Assembly (NCBI GenBank): GCA_947570515.1
Contig: CANOUM010000001.1
Location: 1-38,530 of the forward strand
Direction of reading: 5' to 3'
DNA: 38,530 bases
From: an uncultured Clostridia bacterium
Lineage (GTDB): Bacteria > Bacillota > Clostridia > Lachnospirales > Bianqueaceae
Under the pieces are notes generated by a model. It was given only the letters and a program-made list of their open reading frames with translations. It had not been told where the DNA came from and searched no databases. The translations under genes were made by a program, and so were the position numbers. How positions within the stretch are numbered: position 1 is the first letter of the stretch; each line of letters begins with the position of its first letter. Of this stretch, positions 1 through 9,781 are shown one piece after another.

Positions 1-1
1 G

Positions 2-697
2 CATACCTATGCGATCGAGTGCTGGGATCTGAATCCGCGTGCCGGTATTCCGCTGGTATTTCCGCAGGTTAAGGATACGGATTTGACAGATGAGGAGAAG
101 GAAGAGCAGCACTACAAATATATCAAATGGATCGATGAGCATAATGATGGCGAAGGATTTAAGCCATGGACCAAATTCCAGCATCCGCAGCTGGGCGAGG
201 TAGAGATTGGCGGTATTGATTATAAGCATATCGTGCAGAATCCTCCGGTTAAATATTTGCCTCAGGAAGTCGAAAAGCATACGCGTTTCTTCCTGCGTGC
301 CGTTAAGACACTTCCGCTCATTCGTTTCACCAATATAACGGCTGAAAATGTCGGCGCAGATGTTTATAAAGTGCAGGCAACGCTGGCCAATCAAGGATAT
401 CTGCCAACCTATATTACGGCAGAAGCTAAAAATGCCAAGATCGTACGCGATTTGACCGTGAGCATTGAAGGCGAAGGCATCGAACTGGTACAGGGCAAGC
501 AGACCGAGACGATCGGGCAGCTGGGCGGCTTCTCCACACTGGGAGCCTCAATGTCTACGCTGGGTCCGTCTACCGGAAACGGTGATGGATGTGAAAAGGT
601 CATCACATGGGTGATCAAAGCCAAAGCAGGCACCACGCTCACCTTCACGGGTGGCAATGCTAAAGTCGGCAAGACAAGCAAACAGATTACGCTGTAA
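2..697 (+). CDS. M14-like metallocarboxypeptidase, C-terminal part (5' end lies outside the window)
   Basis: The frame is open from the window edge (HTYAIECWDLNPRAGIPLVF... precedes the listed TTG at 83). The tail resembles Firmicute M14 peptidase C-terminal regions from memory. No catalytic motif is present in this fragment. A hairpin terminator follows. Confidence 0.45.
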   Translation, partial: HTYAIECWDLNPRAGIPLVFPQVKDTDLTDEEKEEQHYKYIKWIDEHNDGEGFKPWTKFQHPQLGEVEIGGIDYKHIVQNPPVKYLPQEVEKHTRFFLRAVKTLPLIRFTNITAENVGADVYKVQATLANQGYLPTYITAEAKNAKIVRDLTVSIEGEGIELVQGKQTETIGQLGGFSTLGASMSTLGPSTGNGDGCEKVITWVIKAKAGTTLTFTGGNAKVGKTSKQITL

Positions 698-708
698 AGG
701 TTAAACAT

Positions 709-741
709 AAAGAGCGTCCCATCGGAGGGGACGCTCTTTTA
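709..741. terminator. Bidirectional rho-independent terminator between convergent genes
   Basis: Stem AGAGCGTCCC (711-720) pairs with GGGACGCTCT (728-737) around a 7-nt loop. An A-run lies upstream and TTTT downstream. Confidence 0.75.
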
Positions 742-1593
742 TTATGCCTGCAAATAGGCCTGCAGAGCAGGAAACCGTTCGTAAAATGTCTGATACCCCA
801 GCTCATACAGATGCGCCAAAATGGCAGGATCGCTTTCTGTACGGTGTATCGCAAGCGGCTCCTTGGGAGCCAGCACAAAAAGCCGGCCTTCGCGTTCGAG
901 CTGTGCAATGCGCGCCAGCTCCTGATTGTAGGTACGGTATCGATATTGGAGAGCATTGGCAAAGGCAGGGTAACGGCGATAGTGACGGGCCAATAAATTC
1001 ATGCTCCGGCTGGGAGCTTTCTGGTAATCCCGCGGCGGGGTAAGAATGACAATGATTTTATCACAGGCAGCATCCAGCGCCGGCTGGATGGGAATGGAGC
1101 TGACGATACCGCCGTCCATATAGGGCTTGCCATTCAGCATGATCGGCGGGAACAGCAGGGGCAGGGCGCAGGAGGCCTGGAGAACTTTAAAAGACTTATC
1201 ATCCCGTGGAACAGGCAGATATTCAACCTTTCCGGTGTGCATATTGGTCACGGCAGCCATCACCTCGCCGGGATAGGCCTTAAAAGCATGAAAATTAAAT
1301 GGAAGGTGGCGATCCGGCAGCTCTTCAAATACAAAAGAAAGATTGTAGTATGAGCGGTTAGAACGATTCAGCATATGCTTCCAGCCCATATAACGGGGAT
1401 CTGAAAGATAGCGGGTTGCAATGATGTAATTGCGCCGTGCCTGATGGCTGGCATACGATACGCCATTGGCAATGCCGGCTGAAGTGCCGATAATCATGTC
1501 GGACATGATACCTTCGCGTTCCAAAGCCTCCAGCATGCCGCAGGAAAAATATCCCCGGCTGGCACCGCCCTCTAAAACAAGACCTAATTTCAT
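742..1593 (-). CDS. Patatin-like phospholipase family protein
   Basis: Oxyanion motif GGASRG, nucleophile elbow GTSAG (GxSxG) and the Asp of the dyad in MDGG. AGGAGG RBS upstream of the ATG at 1593. Confidence 0.85.
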   Translation of the reverse strand: MKLGLVLEGGASRGYFSCGMLEALEREGIMSDMIIGTSAGIANGVSYASHQARRNYIIATRYLSDPRYMGWKHMLNRSNRSYYNLSFVFEELPDRHLPFNFHAFKAYPGEVMAAVTNMHTGKVEYLPVPRDDKSFKVLQASCALPLLFPPIMLNGKPYMDGGIVSSIPIQPALDAACDKIIVILTPPRDYQKAPSRSMNLLARHYRRYPAFANALQYRYRTYNQELARIAQLEREGRLFVLAPKEPLAIHRTESDPAILAHLYELGYQTFYERFPALQAYLQA

Positions 1594-1610
1594 AAAAACT
1601 TCCTCCTAAC

Positions 1611-1639
1611 TTGCTATTGAAACAAAAAAGGACTATACT
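1611..1639 (+). promoter_or_regulatory. Candidate sigma-A promoter for the vanZ-ktrBA unit
   Basis: TTGCTA (1611-1616), 17-nt spacer, TATACT (1634-1639). Confidence 0.4.
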
Positions 1640-1688
1640 AAAGTTATTGCGGCATGGCCGCGCTAAAGAAAGGATACCATAAATTGAA

Positions 1689-2105
1689 ATGAATGGAAAG
1701 AAAAAATATATAGGTCCTGTGGTTTTGATACTGACGACCCTGCTGATTTGGATCAATTCGATGATGCCGCCCATGCAGTCTTCGCAGATGAGCGGAGGGC
1801 TGACGCTGTGGCTTCAGGAGGTTCTGCGTCTGTCTTTGAGTGAGCATCTGATCCGCAAGGCAGGGCATTTTTGTGAGTATGCGCTGCTGGGGGCAGAATA
1901 TGCGCTGTGCATGGGGAAAGACAGGAGGAGCCTGCAGGCAGTTTTTAACTGCGCGGCCTTAGGGCTTATGACGGCGGTTGCGGATGAATCGATTCAGATT
2001 TTAAGCGGCCGCGGGCCGATGGTGACAGATATATTGCTGGACTTTTGCGGGTTTGGCTGTGGGTTTGTTTTGGTGCTTTTGATGCGCAGGGTATTGAGAC
2101 GGTAA
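1689..2105 (+). CDS. VanZ family membrane protein
   Basis: 138 aa, about 4 TM segments, with the VanZ-like signature IRKAGHFCEYALLG. Confidence 0.7.
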   Translation: MNGKKKYIGPVVLILTTLLIWINSMMPPMQSSQMSGGLTLWLQEVLRLSLSEHLIRKAGHFCEYALLGAEYALCMGKDRRSLQAVFNCAALGLMTAVADESIQILSGRGPMVTDILLDFCGFGCGFVLVLLMRRVLRR

Positions 2106-2120
2106 AGGAGGCGTTTGCAG

Positions 2121-3458
2121 ATGAAAAAAAAGACGAAGAGAGGGATCCGGCCGATTCAGATTTTGCCGCTTGGCTTTTTAAGTGTGATTGTCGCGGGAAC
2201 GCTGCTTTTGATGCTGCCGGCAGCGACGAGGAGTGGCAGCATGACGCTTTTTGACGCGCTTTTTACAGCGACCTCAGCTTCTTGTGTAACGGGGCTGACG
2301 GTGGTTGATACCGTCACCTATTTTACAGGCTTTGGACAGGGCATTTTGCTAGTGCTGATTCAGGTAGGCGGCCTTGGGTTTATGATCATGACGACTTTCT
2401 TATTCTTGATCATGAGGCGTAAGATTTCGCTTCGCAACCGCGTCATTTTGAAGGAGGCTATGAGTGAAGAGAGCCTGATGAGCGCGCAGCAGATGATGCG
2501 GTCAGCCGTGCGGTATACCTTTGCTGTAGAAGGAACGGGAGCTGTGCTGCTGGCAATCCGTTTTGTACCGCGGTTTGGCTGGGCAAAGGGAATCTGGAAC
2601 AGCATATTTCACAGCGTATCAGCTTTTTGTAATGCCGGTTTTGATCTGCTGGGGGCGGAAGGATCGCTGCAGCGCTATGTGGCAGATCCCTTGGTCAATA
2701 TGACGATTATGGCTCTGATTGTGCTGGGAGGACTCGGGTTTGCGGTGATCCATAATGTAGTAAGCTACCGAAGATACCATCGCCTTATGACGCAGGCCCG
2801 AGTCGTGCTTTTGATGAGCGTGGTCTTGATCGTTGCGGGCATGGTGCTTTTTCTGGCTTTTGAATATGATAATCCTAAAACGCTGGGGTCGCTTTCAGTG
2901 CCGGATAAGATATGGGGAGCGGCCTTTCAGTCAGTTACCTGTCGTACTGCAGGGTTTTTTAGCATCTCGCAGGCTGATCTTAGCGGCGCCGGAAAGCTTC
3001 TTTCCTGTATTCTCATGTTTATCGGTGCAGCGCCCGGAGGAACAGGCGGCGGCATCAAGATCACTACGCTGGCGGTGCTGCTGCTTACGATTCGTGCCCT
3101 AGTGCTGGGAAAAAAGGATGTAGAGGTGTATGGAAGACGGTTTGATGTTGCCACGGTGCGGCGTGCTCTATGCCTGTTTATGTTTGCGCTTGGCATATTG
3201 TTTTTGGGACTTCTCTCCGTTTCGGTGGCAGAAAAAGGAATGGACATGCTGGATCTGGCCTACGAGCTTTGCTCTGCGCTCGGGACCGTCGGACTTACGG
3301 CAGGTGTGACAGCAGAGGCCGGCATGTTTACAAAAGCGGTTTTATGCATTTTTATGTACTTGGGGCGTGTGGGACTGATGACTCTGGTTGCATCACTGGG
3401 CCGTGAAGAAACGGAGCCGGTGGTGCAGTATCCCGCAGGCAATATCATGATTGGATAA
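2121..3458 (+). CDS. ktrB: TrkH/KtrB family potassium uptake protein (membrane subunit)
   Basis: About 445 aa and polytopic, with repeated pore-loop-like GGLGF / GGTGGG segments typical of TrkH/KtrB. AAGGAGG RBS 9 nt before the ATG at 2121 (the listed TTG at 2115 is less likely). Adjacent to the RCK subunit gene. Confidence 0.88.
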   Translation: MKKKTKRGIRPIQILPLGFLSVIVAGTLLLMLPAATRSGSMTLFDALFTATSASCVTGLTVVDTVTYFTGFGQGILLVLIQVGGLGFMIMTTFLFLIMRRKISLRNRVILKEAMSEESLMSAQQMMRSAVRYTFAVEGTGAVLLAIRFVPRFGWAKGIWNSIFHSVSAFCNAGFDLLGAEGSLQRYVADPLVNMTIMALIVLGGLGFAVIHNVVSYRRYHRLMTQARVVLLMSVVLIVAGMVLFLAFEYDNPKTLGSLSVPDKIWGAAFQSVTCRTAGFFSISQADLSGAGKLLSCILMFIGAAPGGTGGGIKITTLAVLLLTIRALVLGKKDVEVYGRRFDVATVRRALCLFMFALGILFLGLLSVSVAEKGMDMLDLAYELCSALGTVGLTAGVTAEAGMFTKAVLCIFMYLGRVGLMTLVASLGREETEPVVQYPAGNIMIG

Positions 3459-3486
3459 GGATTTAACAAGAAAGGATATATCAAAA

Positions 3487-4137
3487 ATGAAAAAAAGCTT
3501 TGTTATTATTGGCTTGGGGCGTTTTGGAACGAGTCTGGCCCTTCAGCTGTTTGAAATGGGACAGGAGGTGCTGGCCGTTGATATTGAAAGCGCGAAAGTG
3601 GAGGCCATCAAGGATCATGTCACCGTGGCGGCGCAGGCTGATCTGAGGGACGAACGAGCACTTTTGCAGCTAGGGGTTCAGAATTTCGATGCGGTCATCA
3701 TCAGTATCGGCGGAGACGTGCAGTCCTCCATCATGGCAACGGTGCTCTGCAAGGAGCTGGGAGCACGCATGATCATTGCCAAAGCAGCGGATGCGCTGCA
3801 TGCCAAGCTTCTCAAAAAGGTAGGTGCAGATAAAATCCTTATGACAGAGCGGGAAGCCGGCGCGCGGCTGGCGCGTTCTTTGGTAAGCGAAAGCCTGATT
3901 GACTATCTGGAGCTGTCGGATCAATACAGCGTGAGCGAAATCTCGATTCCTTCAAAATGGGTGGGGCATAGCCTCAATGAGCTGCGCGTGCGTAACATCT
4001 ATGATATCTCAGTCATTGCAATTTGCAGAGACGAAAGCATTATCGTCAAAATTGATCCCAAAGAAGACCTTAAAGCCGGAGACATTCTGGTTGTGATCGG
4101 CGAAAATAAAGATATTTCAAATATTATGAAACGATAG
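3487..4137 (+). CDS. ktrA: TrkA/KtrA family potassium uptake protein (RCK, NAD-binding subunit)
   Basis: N-terminal Rossmann motif IIGLGRFG and a C-terminal RCK_C-like segment (GDILVVIGENKDI). I prefer the ATG at 3487 over the listed TTG at 3451. Confidence 0.85.
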   Translation: MKKSFVIIGLGRFGTSLALQLFEMGQEVLAVDIESAKVEAIKDHVTVAAQADLRDERALLQLGVQNFDAVIISIGGDVQSSIMATVLCKELGARMIIAKAADALHAKLLKKVGADKILMTEREAGARLARSLVSESLIDYLELSDQYSVSEISIPSKWVGHSLNELRVRNIYDISVIAICRDESIIVKIDPKEDLKAGDILVVIGENKDISNIMKR

Positions 4138-4146
4138 GAGACAGCA

Positions 4147-4674
4147 ATGGAGCGTTGGGACTTATATACAGCCAATAGGGAGAAAACTGGAAGAAGCATG
4201 CTGCGAGGCGAGCCCATGCCCGCAGGATATTATCGACTGGTTGTCGGAATTTGGGTTATGAATACGCAGGGGCAGATTTTGCTGACACTGCGGCATCCTC
4301 AAAAGGAGGTATATCCGAATACATGGGAAAACAGCGGCGGAGCCGCGCAAATGGGTGAGAGCAGTCATCAGGCGGCTGCGCGCGAGCTGCGGGAGGAAAC
4401 CGGAATTGCGGCAGCAGAGCAAGAGCTGCAGTATATGGGAACGGTCGTTAGGGAAAGCAGCGATGGTTTGGATGGCTGCTTTGTCGATACCTATTTGCTG
4501 CATCGTGATATAAAGCTGAGCGAGATACAGCTGCAGGAGGGCGAGACAGTAGACGCCCGCTGGGTAACGCCGCAGGAGCTGGACGAACTATGCCGTCAGG
4601 GGGCAGTGGCAAAGCCTGTTGCGGAGCGATGGAAGCAGTTTAAAGAAAAAATTTTGCGAGAAGGAATGTCATGA
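4147..4674 (+). CDS. NUDIX hydrolase
   Basis: Complete Nudix box Gx5Ex7REUxEExGU: GAAQMGESSHQAAARELREETGI. Confidence 0.85.
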   Translation: MERWDLYTANREKTGRSMLRGEPMPAGYYRLVVGIWVMNTQGQILLTLRHPQKEVYPNTWENSGGAAQMGESSHQAAARELREETGIAAAEQELQYMGTVVRESSDGLDGCFVDTYLLHRDIKLSEIQLQEGETVDARWVTPQELDELCRQGAVAKPVAERWKQFKEKILREGMS

Positions 4675-5735
4675 ATCAGCTTGAAGTCGTAGATCCTAAC
4701 TTTCGCCTGAGACAGGTCGGCGGCAGACAGGATGTGGTTTTTTATGATGTACGGCAGGCGCCCTTTCAGATATATGGCCTTCTGAGGCCATCGTGCTCAG
4801 AGGAAGGTTTTTTGCGGATGCCTGCAGAGATTGCCGCGCAGGTGAGCGAAGGCGTTTCCTATCTCAATACGAATACGGCAGGAGGCCGCGTACGCTTTGG
4901 GACGGATTCACCGTATGTTGCGATCCATGCGGAGCTTTATCATATAGGCAGAATGCCGCATTTTGCTTTGAGCGGAAGCGCTGGTTTTGATCTGTATTAT
5001 CAGCGGGAAGGTAAGGAATGCTACGGCGGTACGTTTATGCCGCCATTTGATCTGCAGAGTTCTTATGAAGCGCTTTTAGAGCTTCCGGACGAAGCCGCCG
5101 GGCAGGATATTACGATCAATTTTCCGCTTTACAGCGGTGTAAAAGAATTGAGGATTGGTCTAAAGGCGGGCTGCAGCGTCACAACGGCGGCAGGATATGC
5201 GCATGGACCGGTTGTATTTTATGGGTCGTCCATTACGCAGGGCGGATGTGCTTCCCGGCCGGGGAATGCTTATCAGAGCATTTTGTCGCGTGCGCTGGGG
5301 ATGGATTTTTGCAATCTTGGATTTTCAGGCAATGCGAAGGGCGAGGAAACGATGGGCACGTATATAGCAGGCCTTGCGATGGCGGCCTTTGTGTATGATT
5401 ATGATCACAATGCGCCGAGTGCAGGGCATTTGCAGAGGACGCATGCACGGATGTTTAGGCAGATTCGCAGGAGACAGCCGGAATTACCGGTGATCCTGCT
5501 TTCGCGGCCTAAATTGGTGCTGAATGAAGAGGAGAAGATGAGACGGGCGATCATTCGTGCAACATATGAGGAAGCTTATGCGCGGGGGGATCGAAATGTA
5601 TACTGGATAGATGGGAGCACGATGCTGCGATTAGGAGGAGATAGTGCAACGGTGGATGGGTGTCATCCTAATGATCTGGGCTTTATGTGTATGGCGGAGG
5701 GGCTCAAGGAAATTTTGCAAAAGGTACTTTTATAA
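4671..5735 (+). CDS. SGNH/GDSL-type hydrolase with GxDLY N-terminal domain
   Basis: GFDLYY (GxDLY domain), block I FYGSSITQG and block V DGCHPND. ATGA start/stop overlap with the upstream Nudix gene. Confidence 0.8.
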   Translation: MNQLEVVDPNFRLRQVGGRQDVVFYDVRQAPFQIYGLLRPSCSEEGFLRMPAEIAAQVSEGVSYLNTNTAGGRVRFGTDSPYVAIHAELYHIGRMPHFALSGSAGFDLYYQREGKECYGGTFMPPFDLQSSYEALLELPDEAAGQDITINFPLYSGVKELRIGLKAGCSVTTAAGYAHGPVVFYGSSITQGGCASRPGNAYQSILSRALGMDFCNLGFSGNAKGEETMGTYIAGLAMAAFVYDYDHNAPSAGHLQRTHARMFRQIRRRQPELPVILLSRPKLVLNEEEKMRRAIIRATYEEAYARGDRNVYWIDGSTMLRLGGDSATVDGCHPNDLGFMCMAEGLKEILQKVLL

Positions 5736-5761
5736 GATGCGTTCATAAGCAGGTCAGTATA

Positions 5762-6649
5762 TTATCGCTGGGAAAAAATACATCGGTCAAGTCTTTGGAG
5801 AAATTTTTCGGACGCCTTGGTTAAGACCTGATATTTTTTCCAGATGATATACATATTCGCTTTTAGGCTTGGCTGTAAGGGCCGGAAGCACAGATTGTGA
5901 TCAGCATGGGTGTTGATCAGTTTGTCAAAGCCGATCGCATACCCCATCCCTTCGTCGACCATGAGTGAACCATTAAAGAATAAATTGTAGGTTGCGACGA
6001 TATGAAGCTCTTCCGGCGGACAGGGGAAAAATTTGCGGAAATTTTCATTTTGAAAGGCCTGGCGCGAAAGAATGAGCGGTTTGTCAAGCAGGTCATCGGC
6101 TGTGATGCTCTCTTTTTTGGCTAAGGGGGCATCACGGCGCATGATAACGCCCCAGGTGTCCCGATAGGGGACGGGCATAACTTCATATTTGGAGGCATCG
6201 ACCTCTCCGAATACAAGGCCAAAATCAATGAGCCCGCGGTCCAGATCTTCCATGACCGTCACTCTGTCACCGCTGATAATATGAAGATGGACGAGCGGGT
6301 ACTGCTTTTGCAGGCACTGCATAGCTCTGGCCAGAAACCGGATATTGTCTGTTTCTCCTGCGCCGACTGTAATATCACCGGCAATCAGGTCATCGGAGAG
6401 GGATATCTCATCTTCAGCTTTTTGAACCAGTTCCATGATCTCCTTGGCACGTTTGCGCAGAATCATACCTTCATTTGTGAGAGTGATTTTGCGGTTTCCG
6501 CGAATGAAAAGATCTTTGCCCAGTTCTGTTTCCAGATCTTTTAGCTGACGGGAAAGCGTAGGCTGAGAAAGGTGGAGAGAGGCGGCAGCCCCTGAGATAC
6601 TTTGTTCTCTGGCAACGGCAAGAAAGTATTGTAAGACTCTGAGTTCCAT
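5762..6649 (-). CDS. LysR family transcriptional regulator
   Basis: N-terminal HTH MELRVLQYFLAVAREQSISGAAASLHLSQPTLSRQLKDLE, with a LysR substrate-binding-type C-terminus. 295 aa. Confidence 0.9.
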   Translation of the reverse strand: MELRVLQYFLAVAREQSISGAAASLHLSQPTLSRQLKDLETELGKDLFIRGNRKITLTNEGMILRKRAKEIMELVQKAEDEISLSDDLIAGDITVGAGETDNIRFLARAMQCLQKQYPLVHLHIISGDRVTVMEDLDRGLIDFGLVFGEVDASKYEVMPVPYRDTWGVIMRRDAPLAKKESITADDLLDKPLILSRQAFQNENFRKFFPCPPEELHIVATYNLFFNGSLMVDEGMGYAIGFDKLINTHADHNLCFRPLQPSLKANMYIIWKKYQVLTKASEKFLQRLDRCIFSQR

Positions 6650-6684
6650 GGGAAAATCCTCCTATATTTCATATAGAGTAGATA

Positions 6685-6696
6685 TATCAGATGATA
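6685..6696. promoter_or_regulatory. Small inverted repeat TATCA-GA-TGATA in the LysR/DUF3737 divergent region (possible LysR site)
   Basis: The palindrome is seen directly in the sequence. Assigning it to the LysR protein is a guess. Confidence 0.2.
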
Positions 6697-6736
6697 CTAT
6701 AGTTGTCAAGCATGGATGGGTATTGGATATGAGTAT

Positions 6737-6765
6737 TTGCTATTTTACAAAAGATGGAGTATAGT
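6737..6765 (+). promoter_or_regulatory. Candidate sigma-A promoter for the DUF3737 gene
   Basis: TTGCTA (6737-6742), 17-nt spacer, TATAGT (6760-6765). Confidence 0.4.
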
Positions 6766-6852
6766 ACAAAAGGATATATAATAGAGAGACATATATAGAT
6801 TGACACCTGATTTGGAAAAAGAGCAGAAATAAAATGGAGGAAGGCGACAAGA

Positions 6853-7686
6853 ATGAAGATAATTCAAAATCAAACGTTTGATGAAGAAAGAGCGTTATAT
6901 GCAGCACAGGATCTCGTGGTGAAGGAGTGTAAATTTGACGGACCGGCAGATGGGGAGAGCGCATTTAAAGAAGGGAAAAATATCACGGTAGAGCAGAGCT
7001 TTTTAAATTTGCGCTATCCGTTTTGGCATGATCAAGGACTCAAAATTGTATCATCAGAGATGACAGAGCTTTGCCGGGCGGCGCTTTGGTATTCACACGA
7101 TATTGAAATCCGGGACACCAAGCTGCATGGTATTAAGGCCCTGCGTGAATGCAGTCATGTGAAGATGTATGACTGTGATCTGATCTCTCCCGAATTTGGA
7201 TGGTCGGTTCATGAGATCGAAATGCATAATTGTACGGCGCAGAGTGAGTATTTTATGCTGCGCTCCGACAATCTGCACTTTTATGATGTAGAGCTGAAGG
7301 GAAAGTATTCTTTCCAGTATATCGAGGACTCCGTATTTGAAAATTGTGTGTTTGATACCAAGGATGCGTTTTGGCATGCGAAGAATATCGTGGTCAGAAA
7401 CAGCGTTGTGAAGGGCGAATATCTGGCCTGGTACAGTGAGAATATTACATTTGAGAACTGTAAAATTATCGGTACACAGCCGCTTTGCTATTGTAAGGGG
7501 CTGCGTCTGATCGATTGCGAAATGGTAGATACCGATCTGAGTTTTGAACGATCCGAAGTCGAAGCAACGCTCACAGCGCCCATCATCAGTATCAAGAATC
7601 CGCTGTGCGGACATATCTATGTACCTGCTGTCGGTGAGGTGATCATGGATATGGAAGAAGCCAAGGGTGAGGTTATATGTAGATAA
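6853..7686 (+). CDS. DUF3737 family protein (beta-helix-like repeat protein)
   Basis: 277 aa. The N-terminus MKIIQNQTFDEERALY...C.F.G..DGESAFKE and the repetitive ...C.F/ ..V.. segments match my memory of DUF3737. Confidence 0.6.
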   Translation: MKIIQNQTFDEERALYAAQDLVVKECKFDGPADGESAFKEGKNITVEQSFLNLRYPFWHDQGLKIVSSEMTELCRAALWYSHDIEIRDTKLHGIKALRECSHVKMYDCDLISPEFGWSVHEIEMHNCTAQSEYFMLRSDNLHFYDVELKGKYSFQYIEDSVFENCVFDTKDAFWHAKNIVVRNSVVKGEYLAWYSENITFENCKIIGTQPLCYCKGLRLIDCEMVDTDLSFERSEVEATLTAPIISIKNPLCGHIYVPAVGEVIMDMEEAKGEVICR

Positions 7687-7704
7687 AACACATGAAATGA
7701 AGCA

Positions 7705-7746
7705 TAAAAAACGGTACGCATCGTGTTGACGCGTACCGTTTTTTTG
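7705..7746. terminator. Bidirectional rho-independent terminator (DUF3737 gene / mrp operon)
   Basis: AACGGTACGC (7710-7719) pairs with GCGTACCGTT (7731-7740) around an 11-nt loop, flanked by an A-run and a T-run. Confidence 0.85.
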
Positions 7747-7862
7747 ATACCATTTTTGCTTCTTTATGAGAAAATCATATAGAGCAGGGTAATGCCAATG
7801 CCTATGCAGGCCATGATAAGAGAAAAGGAAAAGTTTCCGAAAATCTGCCGTGTCGTATGGCT

Positions 7863-9767
7863 TTACGCTTCAGATTTGCGGGCAAAGGTAATGGCCGTTT
7901 CATGCTGTTTATAGGGATCATCGGAATCTCCTTCTACATTGGCTCGTGCCCGGTCGGATAGAGATCCTAAGTAATAGGCAAACCGATGATGCGCAATGGG
8001 AGAAACATGACTGCGCGCCTCATGAAACAGGGTGCGGCGCAGGAAAATGATCAAAAGATCCGGCAGATCGCAGAGGATCCGGCACAGGCCGCCCAAAAGC
8101 GAAGGGAGGAGGCGCAGCAGTACAGGGATATAAACAAAACGCTCCAGATCCAGGAACTTGGGCCAGCGGTTTATATATTCGCCTTTTTTCATCAGGCACA
8201 GGCGCACAATGCCAAAATATAAAACGCAGCCAATACCGATGGAAATGAGGGCTCCCTTTAGATTCTCAAAGGAAAAATAGGCAATGCTGCTCAGCGCCTC
8301 GTGACTGCCAAAGAAGGACATGGAGGCAGTAGCAAGGCGGTCCATAGTCAGATGGGGCAAGACGCCCATGATCGGGATCGCCAGTGCCGGCAGGCACAAG
8401 GAGAGCATGGTGAGCTTGGTCATATAGGGAGCGTGAACTTTTTCCGGCTTTGCCGGCCGGTCAATGAAGAGTACAACAAAGAGCTTGATCATATAGGCTA
8501 CCGTAAGGCCGCCGCTGAGCAAAAAGAGCCATTCCGCAGCAGCGTACCAGCCGGAGGCGGCCGTGCCCATATAGTGCAGCAGCGCTTCATGCAGCAGGGT
8601 TTTGCTGATATAGCCGCTAAAGAGCGGGATGCCGCCAAGGCCAAGCGCTGCGCAGAGATAGGCAATCAGCAGTGCCGGTTTCTTGCGGCCGCAGCCCCGG
8701 ATGTCATTGAGTTCAAGACTGCCGGTATTTAGCATGACGATGCCGGCCAGCGTGAACAGAACCTGTTTAAACAGCGTGTGATTGATCATGTGCAGCACGG
8801 CGCCGCTGGCTGCCAGCAGGCTGTGCTCACCCAGCAGACTTGTGCAGGCCAGACCGAAAATCACAAAGCCCATCTGGCTCATAGAGGAACAGGCCAGCGT
8901 GCGCTTGAGATTGACCGAAAAGAGAGCCAGTACGCCGCCGATCACCATGGTTGCGATCGAAAGCGCCAGCAGGATATTGCCCCAGAGCGCGCCGCCGGCG
9001 AGGCCGGCAAAGAGGTTCACGGTTACGAGCGCGATGCCGTAAATGCCGGTTTTAACAATAATGCCGGAGAGGAGCGCACTTGCGGGGGCCGGAGCTACGG
9101 GATGCGCGGCGGGCAGCCAGGTATGCAGCGGAAACATGCCAGCTTTGGCGCCGAAGCCAGCCAGCATGCAGAGCCCGGCAGGCAGTAAAGCCTGTACAGA
9201 AAGAGGCTCACAGGCAGCACGCAGGGTATGAAGCTCCAAGGTACCGGTCTGCTGATAAAGCAGTACAAGTCCCATCAGAATAGCAAGGCCGCCGATTACG
9301 CCATAGGTAAGGTAGCTGGCGGCAGCGCGCAGCGCAGCGGAATCCTCTTCATGAGCGACCAGTACATAGGAGGAAAAGGACATAAATTCAAAGCAAATCC
9401 AGGTTGTGAGCAGATTGGCAGAAAGAAAGACGCCCATTGTGCCAGCCAGCGTGAGCAGCAGAAAGGCATAATAACGGCCAAGGCGGTGAAGCTGACGACA
9501 ATATTCCTTGGAGAATAAGCCGGAAAGAAGCCAGGCCGCTCCTGTTAAAAAGGCGTAGATGGCACGAAATCCATCCAGACGTATATGCAGGCCGCCTAAA
9601 AGAATCGGAGCAATGGTCAGCTCCAGAGGCTGAAAACAGCATAAAAGAGTCGTGAGAGCTGCCTCTGCGAAGAGAAGAGAGGCCAGCAGCCATGGCTTTG
9701 GAAAGCGATAGGCCAGACCAGCGCCCAGAATGGGCAGGATCAGTAAAACAAGCAGCATAAATTCCAT
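7863..9767 (-). CDS. Mrp/Mnh antiporter-like subunit, MrpA/NuoL-type (proton-conducting membrane transporter) with C-terminal extension
   Basis: Polytopic NuoL/MrpA-like sequence (WLPAAHPVAPAPASALLSG motif). Start taken at MEFMLLV (ATG at 9767) with GGAGG 7 nt upstream, not the listed upstream start that overlaps the previous gene. Confidence 0.8.
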   Translation of the reverse strand: MEFMLLVLLILPILGAGLAYRFPKPWLLASLLFAEAALTTLLCCFQPLELTIAPILLGGLHIRLDGFRAIYAFLTGAAWLLSGLFSKEYCRQLHRLGRYYAFLLLTLAGTMGVFLSANLLTTWICFEFMSFSSYVLVAHEEDSAALRAAASYLTYGVIGGLAILMGLVLLYQQTGTLELHTLRAACEPLSVQALLPAGLCMLAGFGAKAGMFPLHTWLPAAHPVAPAPASALLSGIIVKTGIYGIALVTVNLFAGLAGGALWGNILLALSIATMVIGGVLALFSVNLKRTLACSSMSQMGFVIFGLACTSLLGEHSLLAASGAVLHMINHTLFKQVLFTLAGIVMLNTGSLELNDIRGCGRKKPALLIAYLCAALGLGGIPLFSGYISKTLLHEALLHYMGTAASGWYAAAEWLFLLSGGLTVAYMIKLFVVLFIDRPAKPEKVHAPYMTKLTMLSLCLPALAIPIMGVLPHLTMDRLATASMSFFGSHEALSSIAYFSFENLKGALISIGIGCVLYFGIVRLCLMKKGEYINRWPKFLDLERFVYIPVLLRLLPSLLGGLCRILCDLPDLLIIFLRRTLFHEARSHVSPIAHHRFAYYLGSLSDRARANVEGDSDDPYKQHETAITFARKSEA

Positions 9768-9781
9768 AGCACGGTACCTCC

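Noticed and set aside
7710-7740. GTACGC-containing hairpin resembling the ATGTACGCA/TGCGTACAT motif
   Set aside because: It is a textbook bidirectional terminator (10-bp stem flanked by an A-run and a T-run). It shares only the GTACGC core with the motif, which I treat as coincidence.
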